From Candidatus Microgenomates bacterium (GTDB lineage Bacteria > Patescibacteriota > Microgenomatia > JACQLA01): a stretch of DNA of 64,000 bases. A program made the position numbers and the translations under genes. Below the pieces are notes generated by a model. It did no database searches, was not told the DNA's origin, and saw only the letters and a program-made list of their open reading frames with translations. Where the stretch lies: assembly GCA_016204255.1 (NCBI GenBank), contig JACQLA010000005.1, forward strand, positions 4,339-68,338. The letters are read 5' to 3'. Shown piece by piece: positions 20,524-30,967 of this stretch (position 1 is the stretch's first letter; the number at the start of each line of letters is the position of its first letter).

Positions 20524-20550
20524 AAAAACTTCAAATTCCCAAATTTACCA

Positions 20551-21240
20551 TTAAGGCTGGAGTTTCTCCGGAAATTGTTTTACTATTCCGTCTGAAAATG
20601 CGTCTGCCATTCGTAGCGCCTGATCATGGATTCTATCATAATCGGCTATTCCAGCATCAAAATTTCCGTTGGCCATATCCATCGCTTCTTGTTTTGTCAA
20701 ATCAACATGTTCCCGCAGCGCACCAGTTACCGTTTCTGCTGGCCAATTTGGATTAACACTGCTCAAAAGAGTCCCTATCTCACCTGCGTTTTGATACGCT
20801 TTATTGGTGATGTCGGTTACAGCCGTTTGATCATTGACCTTGATTGCCCGGGTTAACTCAATAAATCCTACAATATGCGCCTGCAGCAACTGAGTCAACT
20901 TATTTCCCGATTCCTCCCCATAATAAGGTTTAATTGCAGTCCCAATATCCTCCTGATTTTTAAGTAGTCTTGCGGCTACATTACGGGCATCCGGTGAGTT
21001 GTTGATTTCACTTATCAGATAAATCCGAGTCCAAGTAATATGGTCTTCCCAAAGTTTCCGCATGTCCATTCTCAGCATCATTTCTTGAATTGAAATGGTT
21101 GTTTTAACCGGCTGAGTCTGAGTTTGAGGCTGAACAGTGCTCATACTTGGCTGAGCTTGGGACATAGTTTTTTCTCCGCCACCGAAAACTGCCAATACTA
21201 AAAGACTACCCGCTACAACCCCCATCACAATATTTTTCAT
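20551..21240 (-). CDS. hypothetical secreted helical protein
   Basis: Start at MKNIVMGVVAGSLLVLAVFGG (ATG 21240), preceded by GGGGGTG. Has a signal/anchor sequence. I recognise no family. Confidence 0.6.
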   Translation of the reverse strand: MKNIVMGVVAGSLLVLAVFGGGEKTMSQAQPSMSTVQPQTQTQPVKTTISIQEMMLRMDMRKLWEDHITWTRIYLISEINNSPDARNVAARLLKNQEDIGTAIKPYYGEESGNKLTQLLQAHIVGFIELTRAIKVNDQTAVTDITNKAYQNAGEIGTLLSSVNPNWPAETVTGALREHVDLTKQEAMDMANGNFDAGIADYDRIHDQALRMADAFSDGIVKQFPEKLQP

Positions 21241-21353
21241 TCTTCTCACCCCCTTCCAAAGAAACAAAAGCTATTTTTCAGCTTTATTTTAACTTTCTTT
21301 TATAAAAGGGGGAACTATAGAAATGTAAGAAAATTATAAGAACAGTGCTTATT

Positions 21354-21815
21354 TCATATGGAGGAAAAGGGGCCAAAAGCGCGGATTTTTGTTTGTGAGC
21401 TTTTAGCCAAATCCATTAGACACTGTTGAAATCTCAAGGTGAAGTTTAGTCTTAAAGAATCCCACTCTTCTTTTTCTGCTCGCTTACGAATTATTCTTTT
21501 GATTTTTCTTTCTTGCTTTGGTTGAAAAATATCGCCTCCAAAGTAAGATTTAACCATTCCGACTTGTGCATTAATATGCATCCGTTCTAAGACAAGATCC
21601 CAAAGCATTTTTTTTGAACCTTCCTGATCACTTGTAAATTCCAAGCCGTCGATTAAGTCACCAATTACAGTTTTTCTTTGGTTTTCCGTTAATTGGGGAT
21701 AAGAGGAAGCGCGGCCGACAATCGCCTGGATTTCGATGTCAACCTCGGCTAGCTGCACTCTTAGTTGGCCAAGCCAAATATCACCTTCTGCTTTGGGAGA
21801 ATTTTCCTGCCCCAT
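21354..21815 (-). CDS. hypothetical protein (153 aa)
   Basis: Intact ORF in an operon-like position downstream of rpsI. I recognise no family. Confidence 0.5.
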   Translation of the reverse strand: MGQENSPKAEGDIWLGQLRVQLAEVDIEIQAIVGRASSYPQLTENQRKTVIGDLIDGLEFTSDQEGSKKMLWDLVLERMHINAQVGMVKSYFGGDIFQPKQERKIKRIIRKRAEKEEWDSLRLNFTLRFQQCLMDLAKSSQTKIRAFGPFSSI

Positions 21816-21884
21816 TAAAATTACTCCTAGAGGGCTTAATTATATCCTATAGATAAGGTGATAGCAAGAGATGAAGTAACTAAT

Positions 21885-22340
21885 TTATCTCTTTGGACTT
21901 TGTTTCTTTGCTCTCGCTCTACCGGCTTGACCAGCCTTTCTTCGCTCTCTGGCGCGCGGATCGCGAGTCAAAAAACCATGTTTTTTAAGAATAGTGTGAT
22001 ATTGATCTTTATCGGCCGAATTTAGGGCCCGGGAAATTCCATGAACAACAGCCGAAAGCTGTGCAGCCTTTCCTGAACCGACCACTCGAACAAAAATATC
22101 AAATCGATTTAGATTATTGGTAGCTTCTAAAGGAGCCAGATAGGATTTTTTGGCGACTTCTCCCGAAAAATATTGCTCAACCGGAAGTTTATTAACAATA
22201 ATTTTACCCTCTCCACCAACTTGGAGTTTAACACTCGCAATAGCTGTTTTCCGCCGGCCAGTTGCCGCGTAAAAGGACTGGCTTTTTATTTTCGGCTCTT
22301 TTTTTAATTCTTCTGTTTTGGTAGTTTTGGCTCTAGGCAT
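21885..22340 (-). CDS. rpsI: 30S ribosomal protein S9
   Basis: The C-terminal block GFLTRDPRARERRKAGQAGRARAKKQSPKR resembles the basic S9 C-terminal tail. Follows rplM. Confidence 0.95.
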   Translation of the reverse strand: MPRAKTTKTEELKKEPKIKSQSFYAATGRRKTAIASVKLQVGGEGKIIVNKLPVEQYFSGEVAKKSYLAPLEATNNLNRFDIFVRVVGSGKAAQLSAVVHGISRALNSADKDQYHTILKKHGFLTRDPRARERRKAGQAGRARAKKQSPKR

Positions 22341-22357
22341 TTTTAAAAAAATTATTT

Positions 22358-22771
22358 TTAATTTTTAAATTTATCGTTATAAGGATGGTCTGCGCTTGAA
22401 AAAACTCGCAATCTTTTAAGCATCTGGTCTCTTAACTTGTTTTGGGGCAACATTCCCCGCACGGCATGAAAAATAATTCTTTCGGGTTTCTCCGCCCGCC
22501 ATTTGGCCAGCGACTCCTGACGAAAACCGCCTGGGTAACCCGAGTGGCGATAATATTGTTTTCCTTCTTCTTTTCTTCCCGTAACACTTATTTTTTGGGC
22601 GTTTATAACAACAACATAGTCACCGCAATCAAGATTACGAACAAAGTAGGTTTTGCTTTTACCCATTAAAAGTTGAGCAATTTTGGTTGCAAGGCGTCCT
22701 AAAACTTCGTCCTTCGCATCAATCAAATACCATTCTCTTTTAATTTGATTTTCTTTCGTGGATTTAATCAT
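22358..22771 (-). CDS. rplM: 50S ribosomal protein L13
   Basis: WYLIDAKDEVLGRLATKIAQLLMGK is typical of L13. Confidence 0.95.
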   Translation of the reverse strand: MIKSTKENQIKREWYLIDAKDEVLGRLATKIAQLLMGKSKTYFVRNLDCGDYVVVINAQKISVTGRKEEGKQYYRHSGYPGGFRQESLAKWRAEKPERIIFHAVRGMLPQNKLRDQMLKRLRVFSSADHPYNDKFKN

Positions 22772-23229
22772 TTTTTCTTCACTACCCTTTTTTGCTTTTG
22801 AGTTTTTTCCGGCTGAATTTTTTTCTCTTTGGTTTTAGACTTTTTAGCTTTTGGCTTCTCAGCTTCCTTAGGCTGTTCATCAATAATCCATTTCATTAAA
22901 ACTATCGGGGCGTTATCTCCTTTGCGTGGACCGAGCTTAATCATGGTTGTAAACCCACTTGATCTGGCAGCAAAATTCAGAACGGTCTGAGAAAAAAGCT
23001 TATCGGTAGCTGACTTACCTACGCTAGCCATTAACCTTCGTCTCGCCTCCAGTGTCCCCTTTTTGGCCTGACTTACGACTTTATCAACCTCTGCTTTAAT
23101 AGCTTTTGCCTTGGCTTCAGTGGTTTTGATTTGCCCATGCAGGATCAAGGAAGAAATAAGATTTCTAAAAAGAGCTTTCCTTTCCTTCGTAGTCCTACTT
23201 AATTGTCTGCCAAAAATTTTATGTCTCAC
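22768..23229 (-). CDS. rplQ: 50S ribosomal protein L17
   Basis: MRHKIFGRQLSRTTKERKALFRNL is typical of L17. Has a lysine-rich C-terminal extension. Confidence 0.95.
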   Translation of the reverse strand: MRHKIFGRQLSRTTKERKALFRNLISSLILHGQIKTTEAKAKAIKAEVDKVVSQAKKGTLEARRRLMASVGKSATDKLFSQTVLNFAARSSGFTTMIKLGPRKGDNAPIVLMKWIIDEQPKEAEKPKAKKSKTKEKKIQPEKTQKQKRVVKKK

Positions 23230-23244
23230 AAATTACCTCTCTAA

Positions 23245-24165
23245 TTAAATTTTAAGCGCGATTCCTTTTTCACGCAGTTTTTCTTCAATCAAAAGAAGCG
23301 ATTTGCCGCCCAAATTTTTAACCTTGCCTAAGTCCTTGTGTGAAGTACCTAAAAGTTGGCCCACGGTTTCAATTCCACCGTTTTTAAGACTATTTACAAC
23401 TCTTACGGGCAAATCAAGTTCTTCCAAGGTCATTTTAAGTATTTCTTCTGAGACTAAAGGCGAAAAAGCAACAGCTTCCTCGATAACCGCTTTTGGCTGA
23501 TAAATTTGTAAAAAATAATCAACCAGAATTTTGGCTGCCTCCTCTAATGCTCTTTTTGGTTCGATTGTGCCGTCGGTCCAAATCTCTAAAACAAGCCTAT
23601 CTAAGTTGGCCATTCTTCCTAAACGCGCGGTTTCAACCCGATAATTTACCCGGGTGACAGGACTAAAAGCAGCATCAAGAGGAATAACCCCGATTGTTCC
23701 GGTTTTATGTTCCTCTGCTAAAGCATAGCCAAAACCCCGCTCAATGGTAAGTTCGGCATCAAGTGAAGAGCTTTTATCGGCCAAACTACCCAAATAAAGA
23801 TCACCATTCATAACCTCTGCCTCCGAAGGACTTTCAATATCTGCAGCGGTTATTTTTTTAGGTCCGCGGGCGGAAAGAATTAATTTGACCGGCTTATCGG
23901 TATCGTAAATTTTAACTCTGACTTTTTTTAAATTTAAAATAAGTTCTAAGATATCTTCCTTTAAACCCTTCAGAGTTGTAAATTGATGTTTTACCCCGTC
24001 AATTCTAACGGTGGTAATAGCCGCTCCCGGTAAAGAAGACAGCAAAACCCTTCTTAAAGCATTTCCCAGTGTATGACCATAACCCGGATCCAAAGTTTCC
24101 AAACTAAACTTTCCGTAGTTTGGCGTCTCTTCTTTAGCAATAACTTTAAATTTTAACCCAGACAT
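23245..24165 (-). CDS. rpoA: DNA-directed RNA polymerase subunit alpha
   Basis: GYGHTLGNALRRVLLSS in the N-terminal domain and LDLPVRVVNSLK in the C-terminal domain. Confidence 0.95.
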   Translation of the reverse strand: MSGLKFKVIAKEETPNYGKFSLETLDPGYGHTLGNALRRVLLSSLPGAAITTVRIDGVKHQFTTLKGLKEDILELILNLKKVRVKIYDTDKPVKLILSARGPKKITAADIESPSEAEVMNGDLYLGSLADKSSSLDAELTIERGFGYALAEEHKTGTIGVIPLDAAFSPVTRVNYRVETARLGRMANLDRLVLEIWTDGTIEPKRALEEAAKILVDYFLQIYQPKAVIEEAVAFSPLVSEEILKMTLEELDLPVRVVNSLKNGGIETVGQLLGTSHKDLGKVKNLGGKSLLLIEEKLREKGIALKI

Positions 24166-24200
24166 AACATTGCTCCTTTCTTAATAGAGAAATAAAAAAA

Positions 24201-24572
24201 TTAAACTCTTCGACGTTTTTTGGGTCGACAACCATTATGAGGAATCGGAGTTACATCCGCGATCATCATAATATTAAGACCAACTGTTTTCAATGCTTTT
24301 AAAGCCGTATCGCGCCCGGCGCCCGGCCCTTTAACAAAAACTTCCACATCTGCCATACCCATCTCTCTGGCCTTACGGGCAACATTCTCCATCGCCATCA
24401 TAGCCGCATAAGGGGTTGCCTTTCGCGCTCCTTTAAAACCGGATGCGCCCGCACTGCCCCAGGCAACAGCATTCCCGCCAGCATCAGTAATCGTAATTAG
24501 CGTATTATTAAAAGTCGCTGTGATATAGGCTCTGCCGCGACTAACCTGTTTTTGCACCTTCTTACTTGCCAC
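24201..24572 (-). CDS. rpsK: 30S ribosomal protein S11
   Basis: [14 protein letters not shown]… and a C-terminal [18 protein letters not shown]. Confidence 0.95.
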   Translation of the reverse strand: MASKKVQKQVSRGRAYITATFNNTLITITDAGGNAVAWGSAGASGFKGARKATPYAAMMAMENVARKAREMGMADVEVFVKGPGAGRDTALKALKTVGLNIMMIADVTPIPHNGCRPKKRRRV

Positions 24573-24990
24573 CTGTTCCTCCTGTTTGCTTACCTTTATC
24601 TAAAAGGCCCATTTTTTCGGCAACTTTCTTGCGAATCGCCCCAATTGTTACCCTTTTTCCTCTTTTGGTCCGAGCGTTGGAACGAGTCCTTTGGCCGCGA
24701 GCCGGTAAACCTCTAGCATGCCTGAGCCCGCGATAAGCCCCAATTTCCCGCAGTCTTTTAATATGTTCTTGAACCTCTCGTCTTAAGTCTCCTTCGACCT
24801 TGTGGGTCGTAATGATTTTTTGTAAGCGGTTGACCTCTTCTTCTGTCAACTCTTTAACCCGACGCTGAGGTTCAACCTTAGCAGCCTTTAATATCGGGCC
24901 AACATTATTTCTCCCTAGACCATAAATAACGCCAAGAGCAATATCAATTCTTTTTTCTTTTGGAAGGTCTACTCCAGAAATTCTTGCCAT
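24562..24990 (-). CDS. rpsM: 30S ribosomal protein S13
   Basis: [19 protein letters not shown]…[26 protein letters not shown]. Confidence 0.95.
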   Translation of the reverse strand: MARISGVDLPKEKRIDIALGVIYGLGRNNVGPILKAAKVEPQRRVKELTEEEVNRLQKIITTHKVEGDLRREVQEHIKRLREIGAYRGLRHARGLPARGQRTRSNARTKRGKRVTIGAIRKKVAEKMGLLDKGKQTGGTGGK

Positions 24991-24993
24991 ATT

Positions 24994-25107
24994 TTATCCT
25001 TGTCGCTGCTTGTGCTTTGGGTTTTCGCAAATCACATAGAGCACACCGCGACGCTTCACAATTTTACATTTAATACACTGTTTTTTAATGCTTGCCTGAA
25101 CTTTCAT
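24994..25107 (-). CDS. rpmJ: 50S ribosomal protein L36 (37 aa, missing from the ORF track)
   Basis: Own translation: [37 protein letters not shown]. Confidence 0.93.
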   Translation of the reverse strand: MKVQASIKKQCIKCKIVKRRGVLYVICENPKHKQRQG

Positions 25108-25119
25108 TTTTAAAACTAA

Positions 25120-25338
25120 TTATTTATAACGATAAATAATCCTACCCTTTGTCTCATCATAAGGACTCATTTCAATTTTAACTTTGTCTCCGGGAAGAAT
25201 TCGGATATAGTTAATCCGCATCTTACCTGAAAGATGGCAAAGAATCACCCGCTCATCGGCGAGTTTAACTCTAAAAAGAGTATTAGGTAGGGCTTCGGTT
25301 ACGACGCCGTCAAGCTCAATAGTTCCTTGATGTGTCAT
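25120..25338 (-). CDS. infA: translation initiation factor IF-1
   Basis: 72 aa S1-fold protein: …[16 protein letters not shown]…[16 protein letters not shown]. Confidence 0.95.
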   Translation of the reverse strand: MTHQGTIELDGVVTEALPNTLFRVKLADERVILCHLSGKMRINYIRILPGDKVKIEMSPYDETKGRIIYRYK

Positions 25339-25372
25339 CTAAATCGACTTTGGTAATTTTAACAGATTTCAT

Positions 25373-26143
25373 TTAAATCGTCAACACTATCGGCCCATTG
25401 GCAGTAATAGCAACTGTTTTTTCAAAAAGACCGCTTAAACTTTTATCTTTTGTTCGAATTGTCCAAAAATCCTTATTACTGGAAACAATCTCAGGCTGTC
25501 CTTCATTATAAATAATCTCAATTGCCAAAGTCATCCCTTCTTTCAATGGCGGAGTTTTTTCGATTTGCCTAGTTAAAACTCCTGGTATTTGCGGGTCCTC
25601 GTGAAGCTTTCGACCAACCCCATGGCCAACAAGGGTTGGAACGACACTAAAACCTGCTCCTTCAACTTTTTCTTGAATTGCAATCGAGATATCTCCAATA
25701 TGATTACCTACTTTTACTTGCTCAATTGCCGTTTTTAAAGCTAATTTACCAATATTAAGAAATTCTATTTTTTTCTTGTTTTCAACTTTTTCTAGCTTTG
25801 AATCACCAACAATAACAGTCCAAGCCGTATCTGTATTAAAACCTTTATAAAGCAACCCTATATCTATTCCTAAAACATCACCTTCTTGAAGCCGATAATC
25901 GCTCGGTAGCCCATGAACAACAACGTCGTTAACACACATGCAGGTCGCAAATTGATAATTTGCCACTTTTTTAAATGAAGGCTCCCCGCCGGTTTTAAGA
26001 AGTAACCTCTCGGCCAATTTATCCAACTCGGAAGTAGCAGCCCCGGGCTCAACCGCATCTATAACTTGTTGCAAAATATCACCTAAAAACTTCCCCCCCT
26101 GGATCATCAACCCAATTTCTTCCTCGCTTTTAAGAATAATCAT
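25373..26143 (-). CDS. map: type I methionine aminopeptidase
   Basis: Metal-ligand context VVHGLP, DIGLLYKGFNTD, GHGVGRKLHE, and a conserved operon position. Confidence 0.92.
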   Translation of the reverse strand: MIILKSEEEIGLMIQGGKFLGDILQQVIDAVEPGAATSELDKLAERLLLKTGGEPSFKKVANYQFATCMCVNDVVVHGLPSDYRLQEGDVLGIDIGLLYKGFNTDTAWTVIVGDSKLEKVENKKKIEFLNIGKLALKTAIEQVKVGNHIGDISIAIQEKVEGAGFSVVPTLVGHGVGRKLHEDPQIPGVLTRQIEKTPPLKEGMTLAIEIIYNEGQPEIVSSNKDFWTIRTKDKSLSGLFEKTVAITANGPIVLTI

Positions 26144-26817
26144 GCCAGCCCCAATTCCTTAATCTTTACCATTACTTTTTCTACGGTATCTTCCACCGTA
26201 TCATAGGTAGTGTCGACTACAAAAGCATCTTTAGCTATGATAAGCGGTGAGGCTGTTCTTTCAGTATCCTGACGATCGCGCTCTTTTGTATCCGCTAAAG
26301 TTTCCTCAAGGGTTTTATTTATCCCCTTTTTTAAATGTTGCTGATGTCTTCTTCTGGCTCTAACTTCCAACTCGGCTGTAAGAAAAATTTTTAAATCCGC
26401 GTGTGGGGCGATATCGGTGGCCACATCCCTGCCTTCGATTACGGCACTTTGATCCTGAATCATCTTTTTTTGCCGGGCAACCATTTTTTTCCTCACCTGA
26501 GGCATAGCGGCAATAATAGGCACAGCACTGGTGACCTCCGGAAGAAAAAGCCTGTCATTAACTAATTCTTTTCCTAAAAAAACTTTCGTCCCTTCAGAAG
26601 AAATACTGAGATTAATATCAATTCTTTTTAACAAATTTAAAACTTCTTTCTCGTCGCGAAAATCTATTTTCTCTTTTAAAGCAGCCAGCGTTAGGGCTCT
26701 GTACATCCCGCCGGTGTAAAGATAAATAGCTTTAAGCTTCCGCGCAAGAGCAATCCCCAGCGTTCCTTTTCCCGATCCAACCGGCCCGTCAATGGCAATA
26801 GTAAATTTATTAGGCAT
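26140..26817 (-). CDS. cmk: cytidylate kinase
   Basis: IAIDGPVGSGKGTLGIALARKL, with the rest of the sequence Cmk-like. Confidence 0.88.
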   Translation of the reverse strand: MPNKFTIAIDGPVGSGKGTLGIALARKLKAIYLYTGGMYRALTLAALKEKIDFRDEKEVLNLLKRIDINLSISSEGTKVFLGKELVNDRLFLPEVTSAVPIIAAMPQVRKKMVARQKKMIQDQSAVIEGRDVATDIAPHADLKIFLTAELEVRARRRHQQHLKKGINKTLEETLADTKERDRQDTERTASPLIIAKDAFVVDTTYDTVEDTVEKVMVKIKELGLA

Positions 26818-27369
26818 TCAGTCATTCCTTTTTTTATTAAGGTACGCCCTAACTAAATGACGCACTTCTTCAATTGGTTTTTCACCATCAATTTCGACTA
26901 GAATCCCTTTTTGCCGATAATAATTCAGAACCGGTTCGGTATACTTGTGATAGGCTTCAATACGCTTTCTCACAGCCTTTACTGTTTCATCATTACGAAG
27001 CTCATCATTACGATAAGAGAGTCGCCAAAGAGCCTCACGATCGGAAACCCGCAAATAGACCACACCATCGATTTCCTCTTTAAATTTTTTGGCCTGAACA
27101 AGAGTTCGGGGAAAACCATCCAAAATGTATCCCTTTTTGTAGGATGGTTTTTTTAGATATTCCTCAACAATTTTAATAGTTTTGGAGTCAGGGATGAGAA
27201 GACCGGCCCCCATTGTTTCTTTAACATATCTTCCCCATTTAGTTTTTTCTTGGGCAATACGACGGAAAATATGGCCCGTTGAAAGATAAGGAACTTTCAA
27301 CTCTTTACTTAAAAAGTTCCCTTGTGTTGATTTTCCTGAACCTTGAATTCCCATTAAAATAATTCTCAT
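26818..27369 (-). CDS. adk: adenylate kinase (short-lid form)
   Basis: MRIILMGIQGSGKSTQG… and GYILDGFPRT. 183 aa with no zinc lid. Confidence 0.92.
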   Translation of the reverse strand: MRIILMGIQGSGKSTQGNFLSKELKVPYLSTGHIFRRIAQEKTKWGRYVKETMGAGLLIPDSKTIKIVEEYLKKPSYKKGYILDGFPRTLVQAKKFKEEIDGVVYLRVSDREALWRLSYRNDELRNDETVKAVRKRIEAYHKYTEPVLNYYRQKGILVEIDGEKPIEEVRHLVRAYLNKKRND

Positions 27370-27410
27370 ATATTTCAGGTAAGATAACCTGCTCCTTTAA
27401 TTCATTTTTT

Positions 27411-27429
27411 GCCCCGAAAATTTCGGGGC
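27411..27429. other. stable GC-clamped hairpin in the secY-adk spacer
   Basis: gccccg-aaaattt-cggggc. The T-run lies on the wrong side for a minus-strand terminator. Confidence 0.4.
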
Positions 27430-27471
27430 AAGATAAGTTATAACCTTTATTTTTAAATTTTATGGAAAGCT

Positions 27472-28761
27472 TTATTCTTTAAGAAAACCTTCATAACTGC
27501 GCATGATAAGCATCGATTCGATTTGTTTGGCAGTTTCCAAAATAACGGAGACGACGATTAAAATCCCTGTTCCACCGAGCATCATGGTAGTAACACTGGT
27601 GAATTGACGAGCCACGGAAGGCAAAATTGCAATTAATCCTAGAAAAATTGCCCCCACTAAAGTGATACGGGTTAAGATGTAATTAAGATAATTGGCGGTC
27701 GGAGCCCCCGGCCTGATGCCTGGTATAAATCCGCCGTGTTTTTGAATTTCCTGGGAAATTTTTTGGGGATTAAAAATTACAGCGGTGTAGAAATAAGTGA
27801 ATCCAATTACTAAAAGAAAATAAAGAAAATTATAAATAAAGCCATCGGGATCAAAAGAACGAGTAATAAAATTTGCCACACCGGCGAGACCAGGGTTGCT
27901 TACCGTAGCCAAATATTGGCCGATTAAAGAGGGCAAAAGAATTAAAGAAACAGCAAAAATGATCGGGATAACCCCCGCTTGATTAAGACGTAAGGGTAGA
28001 TGAGTAGCCTCCCCACCATACATTCTAGTTCCCCTTATTCTTTTTGCATATTGAATAACAACCCGGCGAGTGGCTTCGTTAACCAAAACAACAGAAGAAA
28101 TAACGCCAACGCTCATGATGAGAAAAACGACCATATTAAAAATGTCCTGACCGCCGAAAGTTGTTGCTGTTTGACCCAAAACAACTGGTAGGCGACCAAC
28201 AATTCCAGCAAAGATTAAAAGAGAGATACCATTGCCAACGCCCTTTTCGGAAATTAGTTCTCCAAACCACATTAAAAGAACTGTACCGGCGGTCATGGTA
28301 ACAATTATTGTGGCTAAGGAAATTGGAGACAATACGCCGATAATTTGCTGGTTTTTTAAAAGAGCGTAAATTCCCAAAGCTTGTAGAGCCGCCAGAGGAA
28401 CCGTTAAAAATCTTGTATATTGATTAATTTTTCGCCGGCCATATTCTCCTTCTTTACTTAACGCTTCCAATTTAGGAAATACAAGAGTTAAAAGCTGGAA
28501 AATAATTGAGGAGTTGATATAAGGGTTTAAACCTAATGCCATAACAGAAAAATTGGCCAAGGTACCACCGGAAAAAATGTCTAAAAGTCCTAAAAACTGA
28601 TTTTCGCTAAAAAGTCTTTTTAAAGCTTCCCGCTCAACACCTGGAATAGGAACGTGGGCGAACAGCCGAAAAACGAAAAGCATAAAAAGGGTGAAGAGGA
28701 TTTTACGCCTTAAGTCGGGTACTTTCCAAACATTAACAATCTGCTGCAGTATCGATTGCAT
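27472..28761 (-). CDS. secY: preprotein translocase subunit SecY
   Basis: 429 aa with 10 TM helices, typical SecY sequence and operon position. Confidence 0.96.
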   Translation of the reverse strand: MQSILQQIVNVWKVPDLRRKILFTLFMLFVFRLFAHVPIPGVEREALKRLFSENQFLGLLDIFSGGTLANFSVMALGLNPYINSSIIFQLLTLVFPKLEALSKEGEYGRRKINQYTRFLTVPLAALQALGIYALLKNQQIIGVLSPISLATIIVTMTAGTVLLMWFGELISEKGVGNGISLLIFAGIVGRLPVVLGQTATTFGGQDIFNMVVFLIMSVGVISSVVLVNEATRRVVIQYAKRIRGTRMYGGEATHLPLRLNQAGVIPIIFAVSLILLPSLIGQYLATVSNPGLAGVANFITRSFDPDGFIYNFLYFLLVIGFTYFYTAVIFNPQKISQEIQKHGGFIPGIRPGAPTANYLNYILTRITLVGAIFLGLIAILPSVARQFTSVTTMMLGGTGILIVVSVILETAKQIESMLIMRSYEGFLKE

Positions 28762-28763
28762 AA

Positions 28764-29204
28764 TTAGTCGTTGACGACTTTTCCACCAGCCTCAATAATT
28801 TTTTTGGCTGCTCCCTTTGAGCACGGAAGTTTGACGGTTAAAGGAATTTTTACCTCACCTTCACCTAAAATTTTTACCCCGTATTTTTCTTCACCTTTGG
28901 CAATTATTTTCTGGGCTAATAAGGACTGCACATCCACAATCGCATTTGGTTTTAAAAAATTTAAAAATTTAACGTTTAGCCCAAAAGGATTTTTTCTAAA
29001 AGAAACGTTTCTTCCTCTGCCTCGACGTAAAGGCAAGCGTTTAGTCAAAGCAAGTTGACCGCCTTCAAAGCCGAATTTTACTTTTCCGCGTGCCTTTTGA
29101 CCCTTAGTTCCTCGCCCAGAGGTTTTTCCCCGTCCCGAACCCTCACCAATACCTAAGCGTTTTTTTGATCTGCGGGTAATCTTTGGTAATTTTGCAAGCT
29201 CCAT
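28764..29204 (-). CDS. rplO: 50S ribosomal protein L15
   Basis: Gly/Arg-rich N-terminus [17 protein letters not shown] and conserved position. Confidence 0.95.
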   Translation of the reverse strand: MELAKLPKITRRSKKRLGIGEGSGRGKTSGRGTKGQKARGKVKFGFEGGQLALTKRLPLRRGRGRNVSFRKNPFGLNVKFLNFLKPNAIVDVQSLLAQKIIAKGEEKYGVKILGEGEVKIPLTVKLPCSKGAAKKIIEAGGKVVND

Positions 29205-29208
29205 TTAT

Positions 29209-29658
29209 TTATTCCTTTCTTAATTGACCCAGGGCCTCCAGTGTTGCGTACACATTCGAGGCCTTATTCTCCGTTCCTAAAACTTTAGAAACCACATCTC
29301 TAATACCGGCGGCTTCCAAAACAGACCTTACCACCCCTCCAGCGATTATCCCGGCCCCAGGAGGAGCTGGTTTTAAAAGAATTTTGGCTGCTCCCCGTTT
29401 AAGATAAACTTCGTGGGGAATAGTTGTCCCCTTCATTGGTACGTCAAGAAGGTGTTTTTTGGCATAACTTGATCCTTTGCGAATTGCGTCTGCAACATCA
29501 GCGGCTTTACCCAGGCCTACACCAACGCGTCCCTTTTTATCACCAACTACCATTAAAACCGAAAAGCTTATTCGATTTCCACCCTTAGTTTTTTTCGAAA
29601 CTCTATTCACCTGAATAACTTCTTCTTTAAATTCTTTATCTTGAAAATTATCTACCAT
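29209..29658 (-). CDS. rpsE: 30S ribosomal protein S5
   Basis: [27 protein letters not shown]. Its stop is only 4 nt from the rplO start, so no rpmD fits between them. Confidence 0.95.
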   Translation of the reverse strand: MVDNFQDKEFKEEVIQVNRVSKKTKGGNRISFSVLMVVGDKKGRVGVGLGKAADVADAIRKGSSYAKKHLLDVPMKGTTIPHEVYLKRGAAKILLKPAPPGAGIIAGGVVRSVLEAAGIRDVVSKVLGTENKASNVYATLEALGQLRKE

Positions 29659-29680
29659 ATAACCTACCTTTAAAAACTAA

Positions 29681-30025
29681 TTATATAATCAGTCCTTTTC
29701 CCCGCGCTCCCTCTGCCAGCGCCTTCACTCGCCCATGGTATCTATACCCCGAACGATCAAATGCGACTTTTTTTAGTTTTTTGGATAAGGCCTTCTCCGC
29801 CACAAGTTCGCCGACAAGTTTTGCCCGCTCTAACTTAGTTTCTTTTTCAGTTTTTTTCAATTCCTTCTCGCTTGCGGCAGCAATGATTTTCCCATCCGTA
29901 TCAATTATTTGCGCGTAAACATATTTATTGGAACGGAAAATAGCCAATCGTGGCCGGTTACTGCGGGCGATAATTTTTTTCCGGGTTCTTTCTTTATGTC
30001 TTACTCGACTTTTAAATAAACTCAT
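29681..30025 (-). CDS. rplR: 50S ribosomal protein L18
   Basis: RPRLAIFRSNKYVYAQIID… and FDRSGYRYHGRVKALAEGAR. Confidence 0.95.
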   Translation of the reverse strand: MSLFKSRVRHKERTRKKIIARSNRPRLAIFRSNKYVYAQIIDTDGKIIAAASEKELKKTEKETKLERAKLVGELVAEKALSKKLKKVAFDRSGYRYHGRVKALAEGARGKGLII

Positions 30026-30573
30026 TTTCCACCTCCTACCGCTTTGGCGGTCTTACCGGCTTTTTGACGAATCTTCTCACCCACATACTTAATCCCTTTT
30101 CCTTTATATGGTTCTGGCGGTTTCAGACGGCGGATTTTTGCCGCGGTCTCACCTACCAATTGCTTATCGCTTCCCTCAATAATTATTTTGTTTTCTAAAA
30201 CTCGGCAGGCTATTCCCTCCGGTGGGGCAAATTTAACTGGATGGGCAAACCCCAGAGTCATGGTTAAAACTCCCTCAGCAACCTGAGCCCGATACCCCAC
30301 GCCTTTAATTTCTAATTCCTTTTTAAAACCCTCTTTTACCCCTTTTACCATATTGGCGACTAAACTTCGTGTTAGACCATGCAATGATTTTGCGTTTTTT
30401 GAGTCGTTTCTTCTCTCAACAGTTAGAACATCATCTTCCTTTTTAATTTTTATTTCCGACGGAATATTAAAGGAAAGTGATCCCTTTGGCCCAGAAACCA
30501 AGATTTGATGCTCTTTAAGAGTAGCTTCTACACCTTCAGTTATTTTAATGGGTAATTTTCCAATTCTAGACAT
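30022..30573 (-). CDS. rplF: 50S ribosomal protein L6
   Basis: MSRIGKLPIKI… and PEPYKGKGIKY. Confidence 0.95.
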   Translation of the reverse strand: MSRIGKLPIKITEGVEATLKEHQILVSGPKGSLSFNIPSEIKIKKEDDVLTVERRNDSKNAKSLHGLTRSLVANMVKGVKEGFKKELEIKGVGYRAQVAEGVLTMTLGFAHPVKFAPPEGIACRVLENKIIIEGSDKQLVGETAAKIRRLKPPEPYKGKGIKYVGEKIRQKAGKTAKAVGGGK

Positions 30574-30577
30574 AGTA

Positions 30578-30967
30578 TCACCAGATTTTACAAATCAATT
30601 CTCCTCCAACACCCCGTTTTTTAGCCTCTTGACCGGTCATTAAACCGCCGGAGGTAGAAAGAACTGTTATCCCTCTTCCCCCCAGTACTTGCGGAATATG
30701 ATTTTTATCGACGTAAATTCTGGTGCTTGGCTTTGAAACGATTTTAAGCTCCTTTAAGGCCGCATTCTTTTTTAAGTATTTAAGATCAATTAAAATCACT
30801 TTTTTATCGTTAGCTTGAGTTGCTACGCCTTCCAAATAACCCTCTTTAGCAAGAAGACTAACTAACCTCTCTCCTACTTTTGAGTAGGGGACTTCAATTC
30901 TTTTCAAATGCGCCAAATACGCATTTTTAATTTGGATCAAAAGATCGGTAACAGTATTTCCTACCAT
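30578..30967 (-). CDS. rpsH: 30S ribosomal protein S8
   Basis: [13 protein letters not shown]… and a C-terminal GGELICKIW. Confidence 0.95.
   Translation of the reverse strand: MVGNTVTDLLIQIKNAYLAHLKRIEVPYSKVGERLVSLLAKEGYLEGVATQANDKKVILIDLKYLKKNAALKELKIVSKPSTRIYVDKNHIPQVLGGRGITVLSTSGGLMTGQEAKKRGVGGELICKIW

Noticed and set aside
20334-20534. 66-aa minus-strand ORF
   Set aside because: It is entirely explained by tRNA-Pro and its flanking hairpin on the opposite strand.
20391-21884. Integrated element at tRNA-Pro, suggested by two hypothetical genes between the tRNA and the ribosomal block
   Set aside because: There is no integrase and no direct repeat of the tRNA 3' end downstream. The composition is the same as the surrounding DNA.
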